Of a DNA stretch of 64,000 nt, positions 48,205-56,112 are shown in pieces. The translations under genes were made by a program, and so were the position numbers. The first letter of the stretch is position 1. Every line of letters begins with the position of its first letter. The notes under the pieces are model-generated. The model had not been told where the DNA came from. It made no database searches and saw only the letters and a program-made list of their open reading frames with translations. This stretch comes from a virus (lineage: Duplodnaviria; Caudoviricetes): positions 32,001 to 96,000 of IMG/VR virus record IMGVR_UViG_3300013713_000001. The stretch is one strand, 5' to 3'.

Positions 48205-48232
48205 GCCTACCTGGGGTAATCCCCAGGTAGGC
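48205..48232 (-). terminator. Terminator hairpin
   Basis: GCCTACCTGGGG/CCCCAGGTAGGC stem. Confidence 0.75.
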
Positions 48233-48276
48233 TAGGATCATTGGAGGTTGGTGTTATCCCTTATCCAAACTTCCAG

Positions 48277-48693
48277 TCAAGCAAAGTCAGCGATGATGAT
48301 TTTGAACTGATCCTTTGCAGGAAGCTTTTCCATGCAGATCAGTGGCCCCGGTGTTTCTTCGACAACCGAGACTTCCAGGTCATCTGTCTCGATGCTGACT
48401 GCAACCACCTGGATGAACTGCACCTGCTCGTTGCAATGATGACGGGCAAACAGATCGTTCCGGAACTCACTGCTGCCTTCGTGGAGAATCGCGTTCGTGA
48501 CCGTATTGCAAATCGCCCGTGGACTTTTGAACCGAGAAGCTAGCCAGAGTTCAGGTGTCAAGTCGAGTATTTGAGAGGCAGCAATCGACATTCCCTCTTC
48601 CAGTGTGACAAATAACCGTTGCTCACCTTTGCTGTTCTTTACACGAACCTGTACAACCGAAAAAGACTGAATCATAATAAACCTCTTAGACAA
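48277..48693 (-). CDS. Hypothetical protein
   Basis: 138-aa ORF. Confidence 0.55.
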   Translation of the reverse strand: MSKRFIMIQSFSVVQVRVKNSKGEQRLFVTLEEGMSIAASQILDLTPELWLASRFKSPRAICNTVTNAILHEGSSEFRNDLFARHHCNEQVQFIQVVAVSIETDDLEVSVVEETPGPLICMEKLPAKDQFKIIIADFA

Positions 48694-48743
48694 AAAATAA
48701 GGGAACCCGGAGGTTCCCTGAACAGGGGATTGGAAAGCTTGGA

Positions 48744-50009
48744 TTACAGGCCGAGTGCGGAGAGCAGTGCAGCGGAGTTACCGACCGATGGGACGTCTTG
48801 CTGAGGAACCGAAACGCCCGGGATCTTCTCGATGAGGGCGATGGTCTCGGCGGATGGGTTGTTGTACTCTTCCTGTACCGCACGACCAGCACGGCTACCG
48901 ATGCCGCCTGCAGCAACGCCGATGGCACCGGCCAGCAGGTAACGACCGGTTTCGCTTTCCATCAGGTTCTCGGTAGCACCGCCGAGGAAGTAGGCACCAG
49001 TAGCACCGACCGCAGTACCGACACCGGCACCGAGGCTGACGCTGCCACGGGAAACCATTTCCAGACCACCGCCGACAACGGCTGCAGCAGCAGCGACAAA
49101 GGCGCTGGAGAAGCCGCTGTCACGCTTGCCTCGAACGGTGGTCATGATGCGCTCGCTCAGGCCAGGGGTTTGAACTTGGACGTCGACTGCCAGTTCGGGT
49201 TTGACAGTGCCGAGGTCGCCGACCGGGGAGACGGTGGCTTGGGCGGATTGGACTTGGTTCAGAACGGGGGTAACGAAGGCTTCGAACATTTTGCGATTCT
49301 CCAGATTCATGTTGAGGAACATTGCGAGGGTACCAGCGATCCCGTGACCGCCGTTGGGGTAGCCCTTCATCAGGTTCCAGGTAGGAACGATGCTTGGGTA
49401 GTTGGCGATAAAGCCGTCGACGATCTTGGCCCGCGTCTCTTCGCTGTCAGCGCCGAGCTTGGCGAGGATGTCCTGGACTTCCTGGACGTGGCTTGCGAAA
49501 ACGTCTTCGGTTTTCGCTGCCGGGGCTTTCGGTGCTTCGACGTTGATGCGCTCGGAGACGGTTTCCAGGGTTTCTTTGACGTTTGGCATGACGGTGGCTT
49601 CCTGAATGGTAGAGGGAACGGTAGCAGTGGGTTGAGTTTCTTCCGGCTGTTCTGCCGGCGCTTCTGGAGCAGGTGCTTGAGCTTCGGCAGGGGCAGGCTC
49701 TTGAACCTCGAGCTTGGCGCTGCCGCTGAGAGAATCGACAGGAGTCGCTTTCTCGGCCGGTGCGGTGTTCACCGTTTTGATGGCCCGCTTGATTTCGCTC
49801 ATGGTCGTGTTCAGCTTGAACACCTTGTTCACTTCCCGAACGACGATGGCCCGTTGCTTCTGCGAGAAGAGTGAGGTGTCCTGGATAAAGCCATTGAGCT
49901 CGACCAGGATTGCCGCACGGGAACTCTTCTCGTCTTGCATCTCCTTGATGCGTGCTTTCACCACTTCCAGCGATTCATTCAGAGTGCTGGTTGCCTTGGT
50001 AGCGGTCAT
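48744..50009 (-). CDS. Probably abundant early protein with C-terminal glycine-zipper membrane helices
   Basis: Ala/Pro/Glu linker; three Gly/Ala-rich hydrophobic segments; strong codon bias; own promoter and terminator. Confidence 0.75.
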   Translation of the reverse strand: MTATKATSTLNESLEVVKARIKEMQDEKSSRAAILVELNGFIQDTSLFSQKQRAIVVREVNKVFKLNTTMSEIKRAIKTVNTAPAEKATPVDSLSGSAKLEVQEPAPAEAQAPAPEAPAEQPEETQPTATVPSTIQEATVMPNVKETLETVSERINVEAPKAPAAKTEDVFASHVQEVQDILAKLGADSEETRAKIVDGFIANYPSIVPTWNLMKGYPNGGHGIAGTLAMFLNMNLENRKMFEAFVTPVLNQVQSAQATVSPVGDLGTVKPELAVDVQVQTPGLSERIMTTVRGKRDSGFSSAFVAAAAAVVGGGLEMVSRGSVSLGAGVGTAVGATGAYFLGGATENLMESETGRYLLAGAIGVAAGGIGSRAGRAVQEEYNNPSAETIALIEKIPGVSVPQQDVPSVGNSAALLSALGL

Positions 50010-50071
50010 AACAATTCTCCAATACGGTTAACAGTCAATGAAGTAAAACATTGCATTGTTTATTCACCCGA

Positions 50072-50082
50072 GTAATACAGGT
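50072..50082 (-). promoter_or_regulatory. Early promoter variant
   Basis: ACCTGTATTAC followed by TCGGGTGAATA. Confidence 0.75.
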
Positions 50083-50113
50083 CTGAACTTATCTGCAACT
50101 TAAAAAATAAAAT

Positions 50114-50153
50114 GCATAATAGACCCTACCCACCTCCCGTAGGAGGTGGGTAG
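50114..50153 (-). terminator. Hairpin plus conserved 17-mer
   Basis: CTACCCACCTCC/GGAGGTGGGTAG, with GGTAGGGTCTATTATGC on - strand (50114-50130). Confidence 0.8.
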
Positions 50154-50160
50154 TGCGTCT

Positions 50161-50589
50161 CTATGGATTACCAAACTGTTCTTCGCTAAAGGTTAGGCGC
50201 CGTCCCGCCCAATTAGCAAATAGGAAATCTGCTTTTAGGACGGCGTACTTATCAAACTCATAGGTCAAGGACATATGGGGGAGATACTCCGGATAAACCG
50301 GTACATAACCTCGTTCTTTCAGACGTTGGTGTTCTTCTACCAGGCCTGGCGAGATCAGGTGAAACACCAGGCCTGTACCCAGGACTTCAACGTTCTGGAT
50401 AGTGCCCTCATAAACCTTGTTAGCGTTTACAGAGCACAGCGGCGCCGAGAGATCTCGTTCGTCATACATCAACGTACAGTGTAACGGGTACTTGGGCATT
50501 GCAAAGCCGGCTTGCACCAACAAGCCTAGGATTTCACTTCTTTCCGGATCCTGGAGGAGGACCTGGACGTAACCTGTATCACTGGCCAT
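50161..50589 (-). CDS. 2H phosphoesterase, T4 gp57B/Acb1-like
   Basis: HCTLMY and YLPHMSLTY (two HxT/S motifs); GYV N-terminus; LVFHLISPGL..H..L...G. Confidence 0.75.
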   Translation of the reverse strand: MASDTGYVQVLLQDPERSEILGLLVQAGFAMPKYPLHCTLMYDERDLSAPLCSVNANKVYEGTIQNVEVLGTGLVFHLISPGLVEEHQRLKERGYVPVYPEYLPHMSLTYEFDKYAVLKADFLFANWAGRRLTFSEEQFGNP

Positions 50590-51512
50590 TCTGGCTCCTG
50601 GCGACCGCGCTTAAAGAGGTTGAGGACCTTGTTCCAATAAAATCCTTTGGACCTCAGCTTCTTGTGGGACGCGGTAAACCGGGAATCGTTGTAGGGGAGG
50701 GTAAACGCAGCAGCCTGTACATGACCGCCACCTCCGAACCGTTCAGCAATAACATTTACCGGATAAGCATCCGAACGCAACGAATAATAACGACTGTCTC
50801 GACCATTTGCATAAACCGCTACTGGGTAACCGTGGTGTTTCAGTGCATCCCCAAGATCGGATGCAAAACAGTAGTTCGCGTTAACGGCAGCAAACGTAAC
50901 ACCATCAATATCCAGCAAGTGAAAGGTCTTAGCAATCTTGGCAACCTCTAGTTCCTGTTTCCGTAAGAGCGCGTCACCGATTTGCTTTACGGTATAGGGA
51001 TCTGTTGCCATCAAGGTGTCAATACTTTCAACAGTCAGCGGGTAACTAAAAGCAGCGGCAGTCCAGCTCTTGGTCAAGGGATTTTTGAACTTCCACAAAT
51101 CCCGATCCTGTACCAACTCAATACCGAGAGGAGGTTTCACAAGCGGGTAGAAGTAATCCCAAGCCATGCCAGCGCCCGAACGCTTCATATCAAAGATAAC
51201 GTTCGTTTCGTATTCACTGCTCGGATCCAAGTGCGTCCGCAGGTCAGCACAGACTCGCTCAGCAGTGTCGTGGTGATCAAGAACCACCAGGTGACACATA
51301 CTTGCCAATTCAACCATTTCAGGAAGGGGGTAGCTGAAGTCCACAACAAAGACATTCTTCCCTTCAAGACCCTCTGGGAGTTTGCTCTTGTACTGGGCGG
51401 AGATAAGTTTCACATTTCCGTCAAAGTACTTCCAAACCACCCAAGCTGCTGCGATGCCGTCCAAGCAGTTTGCGTGGTAAATGCAAACATTCTTGTGCTC
51501 ATGCATCGGCAT
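50526..51512 (-). CDS. DHH/DHHA1 family phosphoesterase
   Basis: YHANCLDG, VDFS, LDHH, DRDLW, SLRS, GGGGH; start MPMHEHK. Confidence 0.9.
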   Translation of the reverse strand: MPMHEHKNVCIYHANCLDGIAAAWVVWKYFDGNVKLISAQYKSKLPEGLEGKNVFVVDFSYPLPEMVELASMCHLVVLDHHDTAERVCADLRTHLDPSSEYETNVIFDMKRSGAGMAWDYFYPLVKPPLGIELVQDRDLWKFKNPLTKSWTAAAFSYPLTVESIDTLMATDPYTVKQIGDALLRKQELEVAKIAKTFHLLDIDGVTFAAVNANYCFASDLGDALKHHGYPVAVYANGRDSRYYSLRSDAYPVNVIAERFGGGGHVQAAAFTLPYNDSRFTASHKKLRSKGFYWNKVLNLFKRGRQEPEWPVIQVTSRSSSRIRKEVKS

Positions 51513-52245
51513 CGTCCTGCTCGCGGTTCTCCGGGGCATCAGAAGCACCAATGATGTCAATGCAACGCCACACACCCCAGGCCTCGCCGTTCTCTTCACG
51601 GAGGCGGTGCGCTTCTTCAAAGGCCAGGGCCTTCGTCTTCAGGCGGGTGGGTGAACGGGTAAAGACGGTGGCTCCGTTCTCAAAGACCTTACCGATGATG
51701 TAACTGCCGAGGGGCTTGTGATACGGCTCACGGAAGTCAGCACGGCGGGCCTGGGTCATCTTCTGGTGGTAGAGGTTGAACCCAAACCAGAGCAGACGGA
51801 TACGGCTGTTGATATAACGGCCATTGGCGTCTTTTTCGAGCTCCATAGGGCTAGCCCCTACATCTGACTCGAAGAGGACGTTTTCGAACTCTTCCTGGAT
51901 GGTAGTTGGTGCTTCGTGGGGGCGACCAGGTGTCGGGAGTACATCAGCCACTACTGCGGGTGCTACTGTATCCAGGGTTTCCGGTTTTTCCGCAATAACC
52001 AGAGGAACCGCAACGATGTACGGATCCGTGTCAGTCGATGGCTGGTAGAGCGCCAGATCACGGGACTCGTCCAGGTTGTCACCAGCCTGTTCGACAAACT
52101 TGTCAACGATCTCACTCAGGGCGCCTTTGACATCAGGACGCTTGAGACCACGGTTATCAGCCAGCTCCCTGGCACGTTGGTTGACCCAGGTGGAATCGAC
52201 AGGGTGCAGGGCCAGCGGAAGGTTTTCAGGAACAGTCACAGGCAA
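51499..52245 (-). CDS. Hypothetical multi-module protein
   Basis: 248-aa ORF, AGGAG RBS. Confidence 0.65.
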   Translation of the reverse strand: MPVTVPENLPLALHPVDSTWVNQRARELADNRGLKRPDVKGALSEIVDKFVEQAGDNLDESRDLALYQPSTDTDPYIVAVPLVIAEKPETLDTVAPAVVADVLPTPGRPHEAPTTIQEEFENVLFESDVGASPMELEKDANGRYINSRIRLLWFGFNLYHQKMTQARRADFREPYHKPLGSYIIGKVFENGATVFTRSPTRLKTKALAFEEAHRLREENGEAWGVWRCIDIIGASDAPENREQDDADA

Positions 52246-52324
52246 TCTCCTTGTATTACTTTTTTAATTTACTTCGTGTAAAGGATGTTCAAACAGCACC
52301 ATTCACAAAATTAAAAACAAGGTT

Positions 52325-52780
52325 TCATGACACCACCCCGCCAAAAACGCGGGTATTGGAACCAGACGATCGAGCCAGTTGCTGCAGCACCACCTGCCCG
52401 TCTTTATTGAGGCCAAGGGTGCTACGGATGTCGTCGGCTGGTATTGGTGGCGGGAGCAGCTGGGGTATAACCGAAGGCTGCTGCCGACCGTGACGAAGGA
52501 CTAACGTTTGCATAATGGGAAAAAGCGCGTCCAGGATCTTTACAAGGTGACCAACCTTAGTTCCCAGACGCAAGAGGACCTCTTCACCGGCTCCACGAAC
52601 AACCGCAATAGGCATCTCTGCAATGCTGTAGTTGTAGACCAGGATCTCCTCGCGCTCACGCAAAATCCCTACCGCGTACTTCCGGTTAACCGTAAAGTGT
52701 TCACGGTTAATAGCGACCCCCACGATACGCCCGTAGAGGTCCTTCAAGCGGGTGTTGCCAGTAACTACTACTTGGTCCAT
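52325..52780 (-). CDS. Hypothetical protein
   Basis: 151 aa, AGGAG RBS. Confidence 0.65.
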   Translation of the reverse strand: MDQVVVTGNTRLKDLYGRIVGVAINREHFTVNRKYAVGILREREEILVYNYSIAEMPIAVVRGAGEEVLLRLGTKVGHLVKILDALFPIMQTLVLRHGRQQPSVIPQLLPPPIPADDIRSTLGLNKDGQVVLQQLARSSGSNTRVFGGVVS

Positions 52781-52811
52781 TACAGCGCTCCTATTCTTAT
52801 AGAAAAGGGGC

Positions 52812-53303
52812 TTATATCGCCCCTATCATCCGCAAATACTCTGTATCTTGTAATTCTGGTTTAGCGCAGGCATCTGAAGCCAGTTTGTCTGCACGTTCGT
52901 TGCCGAGAACGCCCGAGTGACCCCTCACCCAGTGAAACTTAACCTTGTTCTCTTTCAGCAACTCGTTAAGGACGATGCAGAGGTCCCGGTTCTTGACCGG
53001 TTGCCCCGTGTTGTAAGTTAGCCAGTTGTTCCTGGCCCAACCCCTGATCCACTTCGTCGCGGCTTTGATGGTGTAATCCGAGTCAGTGTAGATATCGACC
53101 TTGATGTTAGGACCGAACTCTTCCAGTGCTGTGATTACTGCCAACATCTCCATTCGATTATTGGTTGTATAATGGTAGCCCTTACTCAACTCGGTCACCG
53201 TATCACCGAGTTGAGCAAAGATGCCATAACCACCAGGACCTGGGTTGCCCTTACAAGCACCATCCGTATAGATTACATAATGGTCTTGCTTGGCTTTGGA
53301 CAT
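52812..53303 (-). CDS. rnhA: Ribonuclease HI
   Basis: YTDGACKGNPGPGG, TTNNRMEM, TDS, WVRGHSG..GNERAD. Confidence 0.97.
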   Translation of the reverse strand: MSKAKQDHYVIYTDGACKGNPGPGGYGIFAQLGDTVTELSKGYHYTTNNRMEMLAVITALEEFGPNIKVDIYTDSDYTIKAATKWIRGWARNNWLTYNTGQPVKNRDLCIVLNELLKENKVKFHWVRGHSGVLGNERADKLASDACAKPELQDTEYLRMIGAI

Positions 53304-53315
53304 TTAAACCTCGTG

Positions 53316-54614
53316 CTAGAAAGTTGCTCCGTCAATATAGATGGTCTGCTCGTTTTCATTTGCTAGATAATCAAACGCACTTTTATCCGGATAGCTCAGG
53401 TGCGCATTACCCTTTGGGCTCGTGGAGAGCATAAGGTCTTCTCTCTCCTTAGGTGGGTATTTGACCGTTAGCAGTTCATTGTTGATCAACCGTCGAGCGG
53501 TATCCAGCAGGTTGATCATGCTGCAACGGGAGGTAATCGAGTCGACCAGGTAGTCAACAAGGCTCTCTTCGACTGCACTGGGTTCAACATCACCAAAGAA
53601 GGCCTGGCAAGCCTTACGGCGAATCGACCGACGGGAATCAGGGTTACGGAACGACATGGTAAAGAGAACGGTATACTGCTGGTCGAAAACATTGGCGCTT
53701 TCTTTCGGAACGAACAGAGCCACGTTATTCTCGTCGACCCGTACCAGGTGAGCAGGACGTGGCGCGCCGATATTGATAACTGTGAAGTCATAACGGCTCG
53801 TCAAGTAGATGCCCGGGCAGTCTTGACGGAAGTTTTGGGAATTGAACCTAATTCCTTTGAGGGTCACATTACCTGTCAAGAAGAACCCACAGCCGATCAG
53901 TCTGGAATCCTCAATGTCAATCTTCCCCTCTCTGAAGTTACAGTGTCGAAGGTCAGAGTTGTTAACAGTGACGAAACTGTCAGGAACGACCCCGCGAACG
54001 AAACTACAATGCTCGATAAGAGAATCGCAGTAATACCCCGAAGGAAGACTAGTCCCCTGGAAGTTTAGCGTATCCGCATCTACTCCACTCAGCGACAGAC
54101 GACCTTCGGGACGGCGCACCACGCCATAAAAGCCATTGCGCACGATCGACTCGTCCCACGCATTTTCTGTACTGTCAATCCCCATCAAGACTGACCGACC
54201 AGCAAAGTAATCAGACTTGCTATGGGAGTCGATCAGGCAAATAACCACCAGGGGGTCTTTTGTTCCGTACGGAGTATAACTGGAGAGCCCTGACAGATCC
54301 AGAGACGAGCTTTCGTCAGCCAGGATGTAATGGAGGGGTGCACGGAGCCCGTTTCGTTGCTCGATATCGTGCAGGTACCGGTATACCTTTAGAACAGGGT
54401 AAGCTCCCTTAGGTCCTATACCTGGAACGCATCGGATCAACGGAAATCCGTTATGACTCCACCACCCATCAACCAGTTCCGCTTCACCGATAGCGGTTAA
54501 GATCTCACCATTGACCGCAATCACGCCAGGCTGACCAATGATTGGAGTTTCCTCAACAACAGCAACTTCTTTGCTAACAGTCTTTGCTTCAGTCTTCTTC
54601 GTCATCTTTTCCAC
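53316..54614 (-). CDS. Hypothetical protein with beta-helix-like repeats; paralog of 54667
   Basis: Pentapeptide-like central repeats; YLVDSITSRCSMINLLD. Confidence 0.7.
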   Translation of the reverse strand: MEKMTKKTEAKTVSKEVAVVEETPIIGQPGVIAVNGEILTAIGEAELVDGWWSHNGFPLIRCVPGIGPKGAYPVLKVYRYLHDIEQRNGLRAPLHYILADESSSLDLSGLSSYTPYGTKDPLVVICLIDSHSKSDYFAGRSVLMGIDSTENAWDESIVRNGFYGVVRRPEGRLSLSGVDADTLNFQGTSLPSGYYCDSLIEHCSFVRGVVPDSFVTVNNSDLRHCNFREGKIDIEDSRLIGCGFFLTGNVTLKGIRFNSQNFRQDCPGIYLTSRYDFTVINIGAPRPAHLVRVDENNVALFVPKESANVFDQQYTVLFTMSFRNPDSRRSIRRKACQAFFGDVEPSAVEESLVDYLVDSITSRCSMINLLDTARRLINNELLTVKYPPKEREDLMLSTSPKGNAHLSYPDKSAFDYLANENEQTIYIDGATF

Positions 54615-54666
54615 CTTTCAACAAAGCTGAGTAACCCCACAAGGGGTTACTCAGTACACCGGTTAA

Positions 54667-56109
54667 TTATTCGAAGAACGAGGAACTTTCCCCTTCCGAT
54701 GAGATCCCCATCTCTTCGGCCACGTCCTCAACTTCATCCAAGAGGACGATCATCTTCAATCGAGAAACAACTTGGTCGACCAGGTATTGGAGGATCTGCC
54801 CCTTAACCGTTTCGGTTCCCTGGTGACCTCCGTAACCAGGGAACCCTGGTCGCTCCCATGGCGGGGTATAGCCGAGAGGACCCGGACCCGGTCCTGGGAT
54901 CAGACCAAACGGTTTCAATACCCCCTTACCTTTCTCACCGAGCAATTCCTGGAGCTGCTCCTCGATGACATGCCGAGGTGAATCGATAGGGAGTGGTTTC
55001 TTTTCCGCGGGCAGAGACCATCGATCCGTGGTGAGATACACTTCAGTTGGGGAAGTTCTGATCATCATCAGTGCACGATCGTGCCGGCTCAGGTAGTCGA
55101 GCTGAGTAAAGGCGAAACGGTTAGTGACGTGAATACTTGGAACGCGCCAGTGCTGGCCATTCAACCCACCGACGCCACGGATCAGGATATCCTTCTCCGT
55201 CTCAGCAACAAACTTCTCTGCCGTCAGTTTGCTGACACTAACCTTACCCCCGTTAATCACGCACTGGGTCAGGTAACTGTTGGTTACCTTTACCGGACTG
55301 GGGTTACTTGGCTTCAACCCCCCAACGGTCGACTTGGTGATATGGGAGTTGCTATAGCGACCGCCTGACAGGATCGAGTCGACGACCGAACAGGCCAGCA
55401 GGTAGAGGTTGTCGTATTCCTGGCGTTTGCTGATCCCCGGGCGGTGAGGACCACTAGGACCCCAGCCGTTACTGGCCCCTACATCCCCCGAAACAATCAC
55501 GAGGTGGCTCTTGTTGAGAACGGTGTTCTTCACCGCCACGTTGACCAACGAGCAATCGCCAAGGAAATGGTTATCCATGCTGGCCGCGTTGATCATGATG
55601 AGGTTACCGCCACGAGCCGTGCGGAAGTAGAAGTCATCGCTCAAGACAAACGAGGAACGGTCGTCCATCAGCAAGTGGTATTTGACTCCACTAAAGCTGA
55701 AGATAAACAACGACATCTCAGGGAAGTCAAAATTGGTGGGGTCTTCCCATGGGGCATTAGTGGACTGCGTCCGGGTGTACTCGTTATAGAGCACCTGGTG
55801 GGGTAGCTGGAAGTGCTGGTCTTCGTAAACGTAGACCTCGCCCCCTGGACCAGTGGGTTTCAGCCCGGTGGCCACGGGACCAATGCGAGTCCCTGCAATA
55901 ACGACAGTAGGTCCCTTTCCGGGAAGGAGGGCTTCTGTCTTACCGCCATAGCGTTGAGCTGACTCGATCACCTTTCCCAGGCGACCTCTGGGCTTCATAC
56001 CCAGTTCGTCGAACTGCAGGACGATGTCTTTGGCGATTGCTTGAGCCTCGGCAACCTGCGGCTCCTCTTTTGGTTCCTTGGTGTCCTTTACAACCTTCTT
56101 ATCGGCCAT
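54667..56109 (-). CDS. Hypothetical protein; paralog of 53316
   Basis: YLVDQVVSRLKMIVLLD; same central repeats. Confidence 0.7.
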   Translation of the reverse strand: MADKKVVKDTKEPKEEPQVAEAQAIAKDIVLQFDELGMKPRGRLGKVIESAQRYGGKTEALLPGKGPTVVIAGTRIGPVATGLKPTGPGGEVYVYEDQHFQLPHQVLYNEYTRTQSTNAPWEDPTNFDFPEMSLFIFSFSGVKYHLLMDDRSSFVLSDDFYFRTARGGNLIMINAASMDNHFLGDCSLVNVAVKNTVLNKSHLVIVSGDVGASNGWGPSGPHRPGISKRQEYDNLYLLACSVVDSILSGGRYSNSHITKSTVGGLKPSNPSPVKVTNSYLTQCVINGGKVSVSKLTAEKFVAETEKDILIRGVGGLNGQHWRVPSIHVTNRFAFTQLDYLSRHDRALMMIRTSPTEVYLTTDRWSLPAEKKPLPIDSPRHVIEEQLQELLGEKGKGVLKPFGLIPGPGPGPLGYTPPWERPGFPGYGGHQGTETVKGQILQYLVDQVVSRLKMIVLLDEVEDVAEEMGISSEGESSSFFE

Positions 56110-56112
56110 GCC

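Noticed and set aside
12952-49874. Long antisense ORFs at 12952, 14272, 19086, 27269, 44766 and 48798
   Set aside because: Each lies opposite a well-supported gene; explained by stop-codon scarcity on the reverse strand
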